Shown in pieces: positions 27,012-38,871 of a stretch of DNA of 64,000 nucleotides (position 1 is the stretch's first letter; each line of letters opens with the position of its first letter). Under the pieces are notes generated by a model. It searched no databases and was not told the origin of the DNA. It worked only from the letters and a program-made list of their open reading frames with translations. Both the position numbers and the translations under genes were made by a program. The stretch lies in assembly GCA_019459325.1 (NCBI GenBank), contig JAIBFA010000005.1, positions 2,459 through 66,458 of the forward strand, given 5' to 3'. The stretch comes from Thiobacillus sp. (GTDB lineage: Bacteria > Pseudomonadota > Gammaproteobacteria > Burkholderiales > Thiobacillaceae).

Positions 27012-29705
27012 TCAGCTTGCTGCGTCCATCACCCGCGCCCACAGGGCCTTGACGGCTTCGCGGATCGTCTCCACGGCGGGCGGCGGCACCCGGGCATATT
27101 CCGCACCGCTGAGCTTGATTGCATGCTGCTGGCGGCGCAGTTCCCGGTAGGCATCGGCGGCGGCCTGGGCGAGCTCGGGCGGGACCAGTCCGGCCGCGCC
27201 AGCACGCAGCAAGAGCGCGATGTTGCCGACGTTGTCGGCCAGTTCGGGGTGCGCAGGGCAATGCCGCAGCACCAGATACTGCACGCAGAACTCGACGTCG
27301 ACGATGCCGCCGCTGTCGTGCTTGAGGTCGAACAGATCCGTATCGTTGACGTGGCCGGCGTGCATTTTTTCGCGCATCGCCAGGACTTCCTCGCGCAGCT
27401 TTTCGCTGTCGCGCGGGATGCACAGCACCTCGCGGCGCAAGGCCTCGAAGCTTTCACCAATCGCTGCGTCACCGCACACAAAACGCGCGCGCGTCAGCGC
27501 CTGGTGTTCCCACAGCCAGGCGTGATGCAGCTGGTAGTCGCGGAAGGCCTCGGTCGAGCTCACCAGCAGGCCCGAGGCGCCGTCCGGGCGCAGGCGCAGG
27601 TCGGTTTCATAGAGCATGCCCGCCGGCGTGAGGGTGCCGAGCCAGGTGTTGATGCGCTGCGCCAGCCGCGCGTAGGTTTCCTGCGCGCGCTCGTCGGCGT
27701 CGTCGTAGAGAAATACCAGGTCGAGGTCGGACGCGTAGCCGAGCTCCTTGCCGCCGAGCTTGCCGTAGCCGATGACGGAAAAGCGCGGTTCGTCGCGGTG
27801 GCGCGTTTTCAGTCCGGCCCAGCAGCGCGTGAGCGTTTCGTTCAACAAGGTGTCGGCGAGATACGAGAGGTGATCGGACAGCGCTTCCAGCGTCAGCCGT
27901 CCCGCCACGTCCTGCGCCAGCAGGCGCAGCGTCTGCACGTGCTTGAAGCGGCGCAGCGCATCCATCTGCGCCTCGGTGTCGCCGGGGTGGGCGTCGAGTT
28001 CGTCGTGCAATTGCGTGGCGAGTTGCGTCCAGTCCGGAACGCTCATCAGGTGCTGCGGCGCAATCAATTCGTCCAGCAATTGCGGCTGCCGCGTGATCAT
28101 CTGTGCTGCCCACGGGCTCGCTGCCAAGAGGCGTACCAGTTGGCGCAGCGCCGCCGGGTATTCGGCGAGCAGCGCCAGATAGGTGGAACGGCGCGCAACG
28201 GCCTGCACCAGCGCGGAAAAGCGTTCCAGCGTGGCGGCCGGATCGGGCTGGCTGCCGATGACTTCAAGCGCGGGCGGCAGCAGCGCATTGAGCATGAGCT
28301 GCGTCGATTCGGCCAGCCGCGCGGTGTTCTGGCGCAAGGTATCGAGCGTGGCCAGCACGCGGAGCGGATCGTCGTAGCCGGCGTTTTCCAGTAGCGCGTG
28401 CGTGGTGGCGGCATCCGCCGTGCCGCAGCACACGGCGGTCAGCGGATGGCTGTTCTGGTCGGTTTGCGGCGCGGCGAACATCTGCTCGAAATGGCGGGTG
28501 ACCTTGTTGCGATGCTTGTCGAGCGTGACGATCAGCGCGGCATAGTCGGAAAAATCCATCGCCTCGGCGAGCATCGCCTGCGATTCGGCGTCGTCCGGCA
28601 GCAGCTGGGTCTGCGCGTCGTCGAGGTACTGGATGCGGTGTTCCAGCCGCCGCAAAAAATCGTAGGCGGCGACGAGTTCCTGCCTCGCCTCCCCGGTCAT
28701 CAGGCCGCTTTTCACCAGTTCGTCCAGCACCCTCAGCGTCGGCCGCTGCTGCAGCGTGGCGATCTGGCCGCCGCGGATAAGCTGAAACACCTGCGCCGTG
28801 AATTCGATCTCGCGGATGCCGCCCGGCCCGAGTTTGACGTTGTGCGCCATTTCACGGCGTGCGACCTCGCGCTGGATCTGCACATGCAGGTCGCGGATCG
28901 CGGCAAACGCGCCGAAGTCGAGGTATTTGCGGAACACGAAGGGCCGCACGATTTGCGCCAGTTCGTCGTGGCGCTCGCCGGTGAGGGGACGCGCCTTGAT
29001 CCAGGCATAGCGCTCCCATGGCCGCCCCTGCGCGACCAGATAGTCCTCCAGCATGGCAAAGCCCATCGCAAACGGGCCGGACTCGCCCCACGGGCGCAGC
29101 CGCAGGTCGACGCGGAAGACATAGCCGTCGGCCGTGGCTTCCGACAGCGCGGCAGCCAGCTTGCGTCCGAGCCGGATGAAGAATTCGTGGTTGCTGATCG
29201 AGCGAATCGGGGTGGCAGGGTCGTCGGCTGCGGTGTCGCCTTCGTCGGGGTAGAGATAAATGAGATCGATGTCGGACGATACGTTGAGCTCGCCGCCGCC
29301 GAGCTTGCCCATGCCGACCACGACCATCTGCTGCGGTCGGCCCTGCTCGTCGCGCGGTTCACCGTGGCGCGCGGCGAGCGCAGCGTGGTGAAATGCCAGC
29401 GCGGCGGCGATGCACACCTCGGCCAACGTGCTGTAGGCGCCCGTCACTTCGGCCAGGTCGGCGCTGCCGGCCAGATCGCGCGCGGTGACGACGAGCCAGA
29501 CCTGCTGGCGCAGTTGCCGCACGCGCTGATGCAGTGCGGCTTCGTCGGCACACGGCGGTTCATCAAGGAAGGCCTGCATCGCTTCGCGGCTGAAGGCCTG
29601 GCCGAGTTGTCCGGCCACGGCTTCCGCCAGCTGCGGCTGTGCCGCCAGCAGGTGGCGGCCAAAACGGGAACAGCGGGCAACGCGGTCGAGTGCGGGATTG
29701 CTCAT
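27012..29705 (-). CDS. glnE: Glutamine synthetase adenylyltransferase/deadenylase
   Basis: Two NT domains: GKLGGGELNVSSDIDL and GKLGGKELGYASDLDL; DLRLRP twice. Confidence 0.96.
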   Translation of the reverse strand: MSNPALDRVARCSRFGRHLLAAQPQLAEAVAGQLGQAFSREAMQAFLDEPPCADEAALHQRVRQLRQQVWLVVTARDLAGSADLAEVTGAYSTLAEVCIAAALAFHHAALAARHGEPRDEQGRPQQMVVVGMGKLGGGELNVSSDIDLIYLYPDEGDTAADDPATPIRSISNHEFFIRLGRKLAAALSEATADGYVFRVDLRLRPWGESGPFAMGFAMLEDYLVAQGRPWERYAWIKARPLTGERHDELAQIVRPFVFRKYLDFGAFAAIRDLHVQIQREVARREMAHNVKLGPGGIREIEFTAQVFQLIRGGQIATLQQRPTLRVLDELVKSGLMTGEARQELVAAYDFLRRLEHRIQYLDDAQTQLLPDDAESQAMLAEAMDFSDYAALIVTLDKHRNKVTRHFEQMFAAPQTDQNSHPLTAVCCGTADAATTHALLENAGYDDPLRVLATLDTLRQNTARLAESTQLMLNALLPPALEVIGSQPDPAATLERFSALVQAVARRSTYLALLAEYPAALRQLVRLLAASPWAAQMITRQPQLLDELIAPQHLMSVPDWTQLATQLHDELDAHPGDTEAQMDALRRFKHVQTLRLLAQDVAGRLTLEALSDHLSYLADTLLNETLTRCWAGLKTRHRDEPRFSVIGYGKLGGKELGYASDLDLVFLYDDADERAQETYARLAQRINTWLGTLTPAGMLYETDLRLRPDGASGLLVSSTEAFRDYQLHHAWLWEHQALTRARFVCGDAAIGESFEALRREVLCIPRDSEKLREEVLAMREKMHAGHVNDTDLFDLKHDSGGIVDVEFCVQYLVLRHCPAHPELADNVGNIALLLRAGAAGLVPPELAQAAADAYRELRRQQHAIKLSGAEYARVPPPAVETIREAVKALWARVMDAAS

Positions 29706-29707
29706 GG

Positions 29708-29760
29708 CTTGGATTGGGCTGGTTTGAATTAGGCTGCTTTGAATTAGGCGCTTTGAATTA
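29708..29760. repeat. Tandem 14-15 bp repeat in the glnE/acs divergent region
   Basis: TTTGAATTA(GGC) at 29723, 29738 and 29752, plus degenerate CTTGGATTGGGC at 29708. Confidence 0.75.
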
Positions 29761-29802
29761 AAATCGTGCGGTTATCAAACACTCTATCAGTGGAGAGACT
29801 GT

Positions 29803-31770
<1,968 letters not shown>

Positions 31771-31864
31771 TGCTGGAAGGCCGGCCGACCACTCAGGCCG
31801 GTATTCACCCGTCTGCCCGGACTCAATCGAACGTTTTTTATTTTGTTTCTCTGAAAGGAACCGT

Positions 31865-32254
31865 ATGTCGCACTACCACGCAGTCGTCTGGCTCGATCAC
31901 AACGAAGCCCGTGTCATGCACATCAGCCCGGCCGATGTTGAAAAGTCGATCGTTCATCCGGCCAGCCCGGCCCGTCACCTGCAGCGCAAGCGGGGTTCGG
32001 TCAGCGGCAGCCGCCAGCCTGAAGACCAGCACTACTACCACGAGGTCGTGGAGGCCCTGAGCGGCGCCGAGGAAGTCCTGATCGTCGGTCCGGGACACGC
32101 CAAACTCGAACTGATCAAGCATATCCACGCGCACGACCCCAATCTGGTCGCCAAGGTGGTGGGGGTGGAAACGGTGGATCACCCCGGCGACGGCCAGCTC
32201 GTTGCCTACGCCCGCAAGTACTTCGTGGCCAAGGACAGGATGCTTTCGCAGTAA
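31865..32254 (+). CDS. Small eRF1 domain-2-like / host-attachment-like protein
   Basis: AVVWLDHNEARV, VLIVGPGHAK, VVGVETVDHP pattern; RBS AAAGGA. Confidence 0.7.
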   Translation: MSHYHAVVWLDHNEARVMHISPADVEKSIVHPASPARHLQRKRGSVSGSRQPEDQHYYHEVVEALSGAEEVLIVGPGHAKLELIKHIHAHDPNLVAKVVGVETVDHPGDGQLVAYARKYFVAKDRMLSQ

Positions 32255-32316
32255 ACACGTCCGGCTTCAGCTTGCAGCGAGACAGGACCATGCGATGAGC
32301 AACACGACATCGGATT

Positions 32317-32344
32317 AACAAAGCCCCCGGATGGGGGCTTTGTT
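32317..32344. terminator. Intrinsic terminator, probably bidirectional
   Basis: AACAAAGCCCCC-GGAT-GGGGGCTTTGTT followed by TT. Confidence 0.8.
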
Positions 32345-32530
32345 TTGGGCGCACACCGGACGGCTTGCTGACGGGTTTTCCCCAAGCGCTTGATAAATAG
32401 AAAAATATTTTCGAGATGATGTATGCTGGCGGCTAAAGTCCGTCGAGAATTCGTCGTTACTGTTGATGATCTGGACAGAAGCAAACCCGTCGCGTGCCAT
32501 GATTCAAGCGGTTTTAACCTAGGAGCTGTC

Positions 32531-32740
32531 ATGTCGAACCAATGCCCATTCCCCGTCCGCTCAACCGACAGCCGCTGCAGTTACCGAACCGGGAGTGCTC
32601 CGGGATTCACCCTGGCTCTGGCCTTGGTGGCGGTTTTGTCCGTGTATGCCGGCGTCAGCCACGCTGCTCCGCCCGCAAACGCTCAGGGGAATGCCCCGAC
32701 AGTCGTGCTCTCCATCGCTTCCGACTCAAGCCACCTGTAA
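32531..32740 (+). CDS. Putative small exported protein (69 aa)
   Basis: AGGAG RBS, ATG, hydrophobic stretch ending VSHA, downstream terminator. Confidence 0.45.
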   Translation: MSNQCPFPVRSTDSRCSYRTGSAPGFTLALALVAVLSVYAGVSHAAPPANAQGNAPTVVLSIASDSSHL

Positions 32741-32826
32741 ATTTCTGCCCGCCAGCCGCTCCTGCCGGACGCGGGCCTGGCGGCTAGCGCATCGCCGCAC
32801 GCTTGTTTGATAATCCGGAACGCCAG

Positions 32827-32855
32827 AAAAAGCGCCGTCAATCGGCGCTTTTTTT
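32827..32855. terminator. Bidirectional intrinsic terminator
   Basis: AAAAAGCGCCG-TCAAT-CGGCGCTTTTTTT between convergent ORFs. Confidence 0.85.
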
Positions 32856-32859
32856 GTGC

Positions 32860-33435
32860 TCAGTCTTCCGGACGACAGAGTGCCTGGGTGGTATTGACCA
32901 GCTCCAGCACCAGGGTGTGCAGCCGCGCCGGCGATTTCAGCGCGCCGTTTTCCGCGTCAAACGCTTGGTCGGCGTGCGCGAGCGAGAACTGGCCCGGCAG
33001 AACCAGCACGCCCAGCGTGTTCAGGATCTGCCGCAGGTGCGGCAGCATGCGCATGCCGCCAAACGTGCCCGGCGAGGCAGCCAGGATGGCTGCGACCTTG
33101 TTCTGGTAGGGCAGCAATCCCGATTCGCCCTGCCATTCGCGCGATATCCAGTCGAGGGTGTTTTTCAGCAGCGGTGGAATCGAGCTGTTGTATTCCGGGC
33201 TGGCGATCAGCAAGCCGTCGTGCTCCTTGAACAGGGCCTTCAGGCGAAGCGCGTTGTCGGGCAGGCCGTCACGGTCCTCGAGGTCGCCGTTATAGAGTGG
33301 CAGCGGATAATCCGCCAGGTCGATCAGGGTGACGTCGCCGCCCGCGGCGCGGGTGGCGTCCACTGCAACCTGAATGAGTTTGCGGTTCCAGGAGTCACGG
33401 CGAATGCTGCCGGAAAAGGCGAGTATCTTGGGCAT
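32860..33435 (-). CDS. NADPH-dependent FMN reductase (ChrR/SsuE-like)
   Basis: ILAFSGSIRRDSWN, SPEYNSSIPPLLKNTLDW; start MPKI at 33435. Confidence 0.9.
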   Translation of the reverse strand: MPKILAFSGSIRRDSWNRKLIQVAVDATRAAGGDVTLIDLADYPLPLYNGDLEDRDGLPDNALRLKALFKEHDGLLIASPEYNSSIPPLLKNTLDWISREWQGESGLLPYQNKVAAILAASPGTFGGMRMLPHLRQILNTLGVLVLPGQFSLAHADQAFDAENGALKSPARLHTLVLELVNTTQALCRPED

Positions 33436-33580
33436 GGGCCTTCCTTCATGAAACAGCGGATTGTATCGGCACCCGGGCGATACGGCACTGCGGACGTGGT
33501 TTGGCGCGCGTAAACGCGGCACAATTCGGGCAATGCACTCGAGCGATTCGAATAGGACTTGACCTTCGCGGAGGGGGACG

Positions 33581-33979
33581 ATGTCGACTGAGAAAATGCC
33601 TGTAGACAGGATGCGGCTCGACAAATGGCTGTGGGCGGCGCGCTTTTTCAAGACGCGCAGCCTCGCCACCCAGGCCATCGAACATGGCCGGGTGAAACTG
33701 AACGGCGACCGCATCAAGCCTGCGCGCGAAGTGAAACCCGGCGACCGTCTGGATGTCCATGTCGGCGACGCCGACTGGACACTGACGGTGCGCGCGCTAT
33801 CGATGCAGCGCGGCCCGGCGCCCGTCGCGCAAGCACTGTATGAAGAAGACCCCGTCAGCCACGCGCGCCGCCAGCAACAGATGAGCGAGCGCAAGCTGGC
33901 GAGCAGCCCGGCGGAGGCGATCAAGGGCCGCCCCACCAAACGCGACCGGCGGCAGATACATCGCTTTACCGGTGAATGA
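33581..33979 (+). CDS. hslR: Ribosome-associated heat shock protein Hsp15 (S4 domain)
   Basis: RLDKWLWAARFFKTRSLA, GRPTKRDRR. Confidence 0.93.
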   Translation: MSTEKMPVDRMRLDKWLWAARFFKTRSLATQAIEHGRVKLNGDRIKPAREVKPGDRLDVHVGDADWTLTVRALSMQRGPAPVAQALYEEDPVSHARRQQQMSERKLASSPAEAIKGRPTKRDRRQIHRFTGE

Positions 33980-34058
33980 GACGCCGCAATTTCCTGCTGG
34001 GTTCCCCCGCAAGACGCGGGCAAACGCATAGAATCATGCTCTCAGTGAGCCCTCGTTT

Positions 34059-37000
34059 ATGACCGTTTCTCCAGCGCTTTCCCCGTTTCTGCGCCGCGCG
34101 TCGCGCTGGCTCGCAGCCGTGGCTGCGCTCGCTGCCCTGGGCTTTGCGACGGCTGCGGCACTGATGTTTTTCTGGGTGTTGCCGAATATTGCCGAGCACC
34201 GCGACACGGTGGCCAGCCTGATGTCGCGCGCGCTGGGACAGCGTGTGACGCTGGAAGCGGTGTCGGGGGTGTGGCAGCAGACGCGTCCTGAATTCCGCTT
34301 GCGGGGTGTGAGCCTGTATGACCGGCAGAATCGCCCGGCGCTTTATCTGCCGGAACTGAACGCGTCGTTTGCCTGGCGTTCGCTGCTGTTTCTGGAACCG
34401 CGTTTCAACCGCATCGAGTTGCAAGGGCTGACCTTGGGCGTGCGGCGCGCGCGCGATGGACATTTCTATGTCGGCGGCATCCCGATCAACCCGGCCGACC
34501 CTGACAGCGGTTTTTCCAGCTGGCTGCTGCGGCAGGGCCGGGTGCATGTTAGCCAGGCTGCGCTCACCTGGCAGGACGAGGTGCGCAATGCCCCGCCGCT
34601 GATTCTGACCGACGTCGATTTCACCCTGACCAATTCGCGCCGCAGTCATCGCCTGCAATTTCATGCGGTTCCGCCGGCCAGTCTGGCGCGACCGCTGGCG
34701 ATCGATGCGAAGCTGACCGCGCGCGATGTGGACGATATCGCGACCTGGAACGGCACCATCGGCACGACCGTTGCCGGGGTGTCGTTTTCGCGTCTCGCCA
34801 CCTGGCTGGCGGTGCCGTATCAGCCGCAACAGGGCTGGGGCACGTTGAATTTACAGTTCAGCGTGATGCGAGGCAGGTTTGCCGGGATGACAGCGGGAAT
34901 GGACCTGCGCGCGATTGAAACCGTTCTGGGCGACGGCCTGCCTGCCCTGCGGCTGGCGCGGGTACGCGGCCAGGCGGTGTGGGAGCGCGGTCCCGACCGT
35001 CAGCGTGTGGCGTTCGAAAACCTGCGCGTGGCGCGGCCGGGTGCCGCGTTGGGCGCCCCGTTCAATGCGGGCCTGGCGTGGAGCGCCACTTCGCGCGAAC
35101 TCAGGGCAAAGGCACTCAACCTGAGCGGCTGGCAATCGTTGCTGCCGAGCCTGCCGATGGATGCGGCCTTGCGCGTACGCCTGCACACCCTGCAACCGCA
35201 AGGGCGGTTCGACGACTTGATGTTGCGCTGGGTCGGGGCCGAGCCAGGCATCGACAACTTCAGCATTGCGGCCCGCTTCAGCGGCCTGGGCGTAACGGCA
35301 GCGGACAAGCAACCGGGGCTGGCCAACCTCAGCGGGCACATCGAGGGGGACGCGCGCGCGGGCGTGTTCGAAATCGATTCGAAACAGCTGGGCCTCAGTC
35401 TGCCCAACCTGTTCCGCGAACCGTCGTTCGGATTCGACAGCCTGCACGCGCGCGGCAGTTGGAAGAAAACCCCGCGCGGCCGCCGCGTGACGCTGGGCGA
35501 AATGAGTTTCGCCAACCAGGATGCGGCGGGCACCGCCAAGGGCCATTACGAACTGATCGCCGGCCACCCCGGCATCATCGATCTGACGGCGCATCTGAGC
35601 CGCGCCGAGGGTACCGCGGTGTACCGCTACTTCCCGAAGAAGATTGGCGACCATACCGTCAACTGGGTGAAGCGCGGCGTCGTGGCCGGGCAATCCGACA
35701 ATGTGCAGCTGAACCTGAAAGGCGATCTGACGCAATTCCCGTTCGAACACGGCAACGGGGTGTTTCGTGTCGATGCGCAGGTCCGGAATGGGGTGGTCGA
35801 CTACGTGCAGGACTGGCCGCGGATCGACGGCATTCAGGCACGCGTGCTGTTCCAGGGCAAGACCATGGAGATCACCTCCAGCCAGGCACGAATTTACGGC
35901 GTGGCGCTATCGCCGGTGAAAGCAGTCATTCCGGATCTGATCCATCACGAAGAGCTGTTGACTGTCGACGGCGAGGCCAACGGTCCGATCCAGGACTTCA
36001 TCCGCTTTGCCAACTTCAGCCCGGTGGGCGAACGCCTGCGCGGTTTCACCGATGCCCTGGACGGCAGCGGGCCGATGAAACTGGCCCTGAAACTGCAGGT
36101 TCCGCTGCGCCACAGCCACGACACCACCCTGACAGGCCGGCTGTCGTTTCTGGGCAATACCCTGTTTCCGCCCGGCCTGCCGCGGCTCGACCAGACGCGC
36201 GGCAACATCGATTTCACCGGCGACAGCCTCAATGCGAACAACCTGACCGCGCAGTTTCTCGGCGGCCCCTTGCGCATCGACGCTGACACGCGAAACGGCT
36301 CGGTGCAGATTCTGGCGCAGGGCCGCGCCACTGCGACGGGCATGACACCCTGGCTGGGGGCGGCGTGGGGCAAGCGCCTGTCGGGCCAGACAAGCTGGCG
36401 TGGCCAAGTTGATCTGGACTCTGCAGGAGATCGCATCCGCATCGAATCCGATCTGGTGGGGCTGGGCGCCAGCCTGCCGGCACCGCTGGCGAAGACCGCC
36501 GCGCAGCCGCTGCCGCTGCGCGTGAGCATCCAGCCGCAGGGTGATGGCCGGCAGCATGCGGTGCGGCTGGGCCAACCCGTCAGCGCCGTGTGGCGCAGCA
36601 GCGCGACAGGCGGCTTTGATCGCGGCGAAATCCGCTTTGGCGGGCAGGCGGTCATGCCGGCCGAGCCCGGCTTGCGGCTGTCCGGCAGCGGGCGCGGCCT
36701 GGACATTTCGGGCTGGACGGCGCTGCTGCCCAAGGGTGAAGACAAGGCGGCCTTGCCGTTGTCCTCCATCGATCTCGGCTTCGAGTCGTTTGATCTGATG
36801 GGGCGGCGCTATCAGGGGGTGCGTCTGCAGGGGCGCACCCGCAACGGCCTGTTGCGCACCCAGGTGACCGGGCGCGAACTGAACGGCGTGCTGACCTATC
36901 GGCCGGCCGGGGCATACGATTCCACCGGGGCTTCAGCCCGTAGTGGATCAGAGTCCTCCAGGGAGCAGCCCGCCCGCGTGTCGGCGCAGTTCAAGCAGCT

Positions 37001-37895
37001 GACCATCCCGGCTGCAGTACCTGCCACCGGTGCCGCGGAGGGTATCAACACCCTGACGGCCGAGGATTTCCCCACGCTGGATGTGACGGTGGAGGATTTC
37101 CGTCTGCAGGACCGTTCACTGGGGCGGCTGGAGGTGCTGGCGCACGGCGCGCCGCAAGGCCTGGTGATCGACAGCCTGCAGCTCACGCACCCGGACAGCG
37201 TGTTCCGCATGAGTGGCCTGTGGCGAGATGGCGCGCCGAGCGAAACCCGCGCCGAGCTGAATCTGAACGTGCTGGATGCGAGCAGGTTTCTGGCCCGCTT
37301 CGGCTACCCCGACACGCTCAAGCGCGGCAGTGCCGAGATCCGGGGCAACGCCACCTGGGTGGGCTCGCCTGCCGATTTCGCGTTCGACACGCTGGCGGGG
37401 GAGCTCGACTTCAAGGCCAAGGGGGGGCAGTTCCTCAAGATCAACCCCGGTGCGGGCAAGCTGCTCGGCGTGTTGAGCCTGCAATCGCTGCCGCGCCGGT
37501 TGAACTTCGATTTCCGTGATATCTTCAATCAAGGCTATGCCTTCGACGACATCAGCGCCACCCTGCGCATCGCGCGCGGCGTGGTCTACAGCGATGACTT
37601 CAGGATGCGCGGGCCGGCTGCCAAGGTGAACATGTCCGGAATGGCCGATCTCAATCAGGAAGCCGTGCAGCTGCGGGTGAAAGTGATCCCGAAACTGTCC
37701 GAAGGCGTCGCCGTGGCTGGCGCATTGCTTGGCGGGCCATTGGCAGGGGTAGGCGCGCTGGCTGCGCAAAAACTGCTGCGTGACCCGTTCGAGGAGGCGA
37801 TCAGCCGGGAATATATGGTGACCGGGGCGTGGCAGTCTCCCGACGTCAAAAAATTGAGCAAAACCAAAACCGAACCGCCGGTGTCTGAACCATGA
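34059..37895 (+). CDS. yhdP: AsmA-like phospholipid transport protein YhdP
   Basis: 1278 aa, N-terminal TM, C-terminal KLLGVLSLQSLPRRL.FDFRD; synteny with nit-tldD. Confidence 0.9.
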   Translation: MTVSPALSPFLRRASRWLAAVAALAALGFATAAALMFFWVLPNIAEHRDTVASLMSRALGQRVTLEAVSGVWQQTRPEFRLRGVSLYDRQNRPALYLPELNASFAWRSLLFLEPRFNRIELQGLTLGVRRARDGHFYVGGIPINPADPDSGFSSWLLRQGRVHVSQAALTWQDEVRNAPPLILTDVDFTLTNSRRSHRLQFHAVPPASLARPLAIDAKLTARDVDDIATWNGTIGTTVAGVSFSRLATWLAVPYQPQQGWGTLNLQFSVMRGRFAGMTAGMDLRAIETVLGDGLPALRLARVRGQAVWERGPDRQRVAFENLRVARPGAALGAPFNAGLAWSATSRELRAKALNLSGWQSLLPSLPMDAALRVRLHTLQPQGRFDDLMLRWVGAEPGIDNFSIAARFSGLGVTAADKQPGLANLSGHIEGDARAGVFEIDSKQLGLSLPNLFREPSFGFDSLHARGSWKKTPRGRRVTLGEMSFANQDAAGTAKGHYELIAGHPGIIDLTAHLSRAEGTAVYRYFPKKIGDHTVNWVKRGVVAGQSDNVQLNLKGDLTQFPFEHGNGVFRVDAQVRNGVVDYVQDWPRIDGIQARVLFQGKTMEITSSQARIYGVALSPVKAVIPDLIHHEELLTVDGEANGPIQDFIRFANFSPVGERLRGFTDALDGSGPMKLALKLQVPLRHSHDTTLTGRLSFLGNTLFPPGLPRLDQTRGNIDFTGDSLNANNLTAQFLGGPLRIDADTRNGSVQILAQGRATATGMTPWLGAAWGKRLSGQTSWRGQVDLDSAGDRIRIESDLVGLGASLPAPLAKTAAQPLPLRVSIQPQGDGRQHAVRLGQPVSAVWRSSATGGFDRGEIRFGGQAVMPAEPGLRLSGSGRGLDISGWTALLPKGEDKAALPLSSIDLGFESFDLMGRRYQGVRLQGRTRNGLLRTQVTGRELNGVLTYRPAGAYDSTGASARSGSESSREQPARVSAQFKQLTIPAAVPATGAAEGINTLTAEDFPTLDVTVEDFRLQDRSLGRLEVLAHGAPQGLVIDSLQLTHPDSVFRMSGLWRDGAPSETRAELNLNVLDASRFLARFGYPDTLKRGSAEIRGNATWVGSPADFAFDTLAGELDFKAKGGQFLKINPGAGKLLGVLSLQSLPRRLNFDFRDIFNQGYAFDDISATLRIARGVVYSDDFRMRGPAAKVNMSGMADLNQEAVQLRVKVIPKLSEGVAVAGALLGGPLAGVGALAAQKLLRDPFEEAISREYMVTGAWQSPDVKKLSKTKTEPPVSEP
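36914..36963 (+). repeat. Intragenic palindromic element, copy 2
   Basis: 42/50 nt identical to 24850..24899; hairpin CCAC-CGGGGC-TTCA-GCCCGT-A-GTGG. Confidence 0.85.
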
Positions 37896-37911
37896 TCGTG
37901 GAATCTGTTAC

Positions 37912-38859
37912 ATGACGACGAAAAAACCCGCAAAAACCACCGTTGCACGTTCCAAAGGTGCACAAGTCAAAAAACCCGCGCTGCAGGCCGGAACCGTGCG
38001 CGTGGCGGCGATCCAGATGGCGTCCGGCCCCAACGTGCCGGCCAACCTGGCCGAGACCGAACGGCTCATCGAGTTGGCGGTCGAAGGGGGCGCGCGCATG
38101 GTCGTGCTGCCGGAGTTTTTCTGCATCATGGGGCTCAAGGATGCCGATGTGGTGAAGGCACGCGAGGCCGAAGGCCATGGCCCGATCCAGGCCTTCCTGT
38201 CGCGCATGGCGAAGAAACACAAGATCTGGCTGATCGGCGGCTCGGTGCCGCTGGAGGCCAGCGTCGCCAACAAGGTGCGCAACAGCTGCCTGGTGTACGA
38301 CGAACGCGGCAAGCAGGTGGCGCGCTACGACAAAATCCACCTGTTCGGCCTCGACCTCGGCAACGAGCGCTACCAGGAAGCCAAGCTGATCGAGCCGGGC
38401 GACAAGGTCGTCGTCATCAACAGCCCGTTCGGCCGCATCGGCCTGTCGATCTGCTACGACCTGCGCTTCCCCGAGCTGTACCGGGCCATGCCCGAAGTTG
38501 ACATCATCGTGGTGCCGTCGGCCTTCACCGCCACCACCGGTCGTGCGCATTTCGAAACCCTGATCCGCGCGCGCGCGATCGAGAACCTCGCCTATGTGGT
38601 GGCCCCGGCGCAGGGCGGCTACCATCTTTCGGGCCGCGAAACCCACGGCGACAGCATGATCGTCGATCCCTGGGGCGTGGTGCTCGACCGCCTGCCGCGC
38701 GGCTCCGGCGTCGTCATCGCCAACATCAATCCGGCCTACCAGGCCAGCCTCAGAAAGAGTCTTCCCGCGCTGCAGCACCGCTTCATCCAGTGCCAGCAGA
38801 TCCAGGTCGACGTGATCGAACGCCGTTCAGTGGCCAAGCGCGAGCCCACCGCCAAATAA
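37912..38859 (+). CDS. Carbon-nitrogen hydrolase (Nit1-like deaminated glutathione amidase)
   Basis: LPE, YDKIHLF, ICYDLRFPE catalytic triad. Confidence 0.9.
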   Translation: MTTKKPAKTTVARSKGAQVKKPALQAGTVRVAAIQMASGPNVPANLAETERLIELAVEGGARMVVLPEFFCIMGLKDADVVKAREAEGHGPIQAFLSRMAKKHKIWLIGGSVPLEASVANKVRNSCLVYDERGKQVARYDKIHLFGLDLGNERYQEAKLIEPGDKVVVINSPFGRIGLSICYDLRFPELYRAMPEVDIIVVPSAFTATTGRAHFETLIRARAIENLAYVVAPAQGGYHLSGRETHGDSMIVDPWGVVLDRLPRGSGVVIANINPAYQASLRKSLPALQHRFIQCQQIQVDVIERRSVAKREPTAK

Positions 38860-38871
38860 ACAGGACACATC

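Noticed and set aside
32476-32520. c-di-GMP-I riboswitch (GCAAACCCGTCGCG start)
   Set aside because: Lacks the GNRA-capped P2 closure and the following GACGCAAAG segment
32600-32630. Type IV prepilin leader (GFTL) in the small ORF
   Set aside because: No Glu at +5 and no pilin domain; a Sec signal fits better
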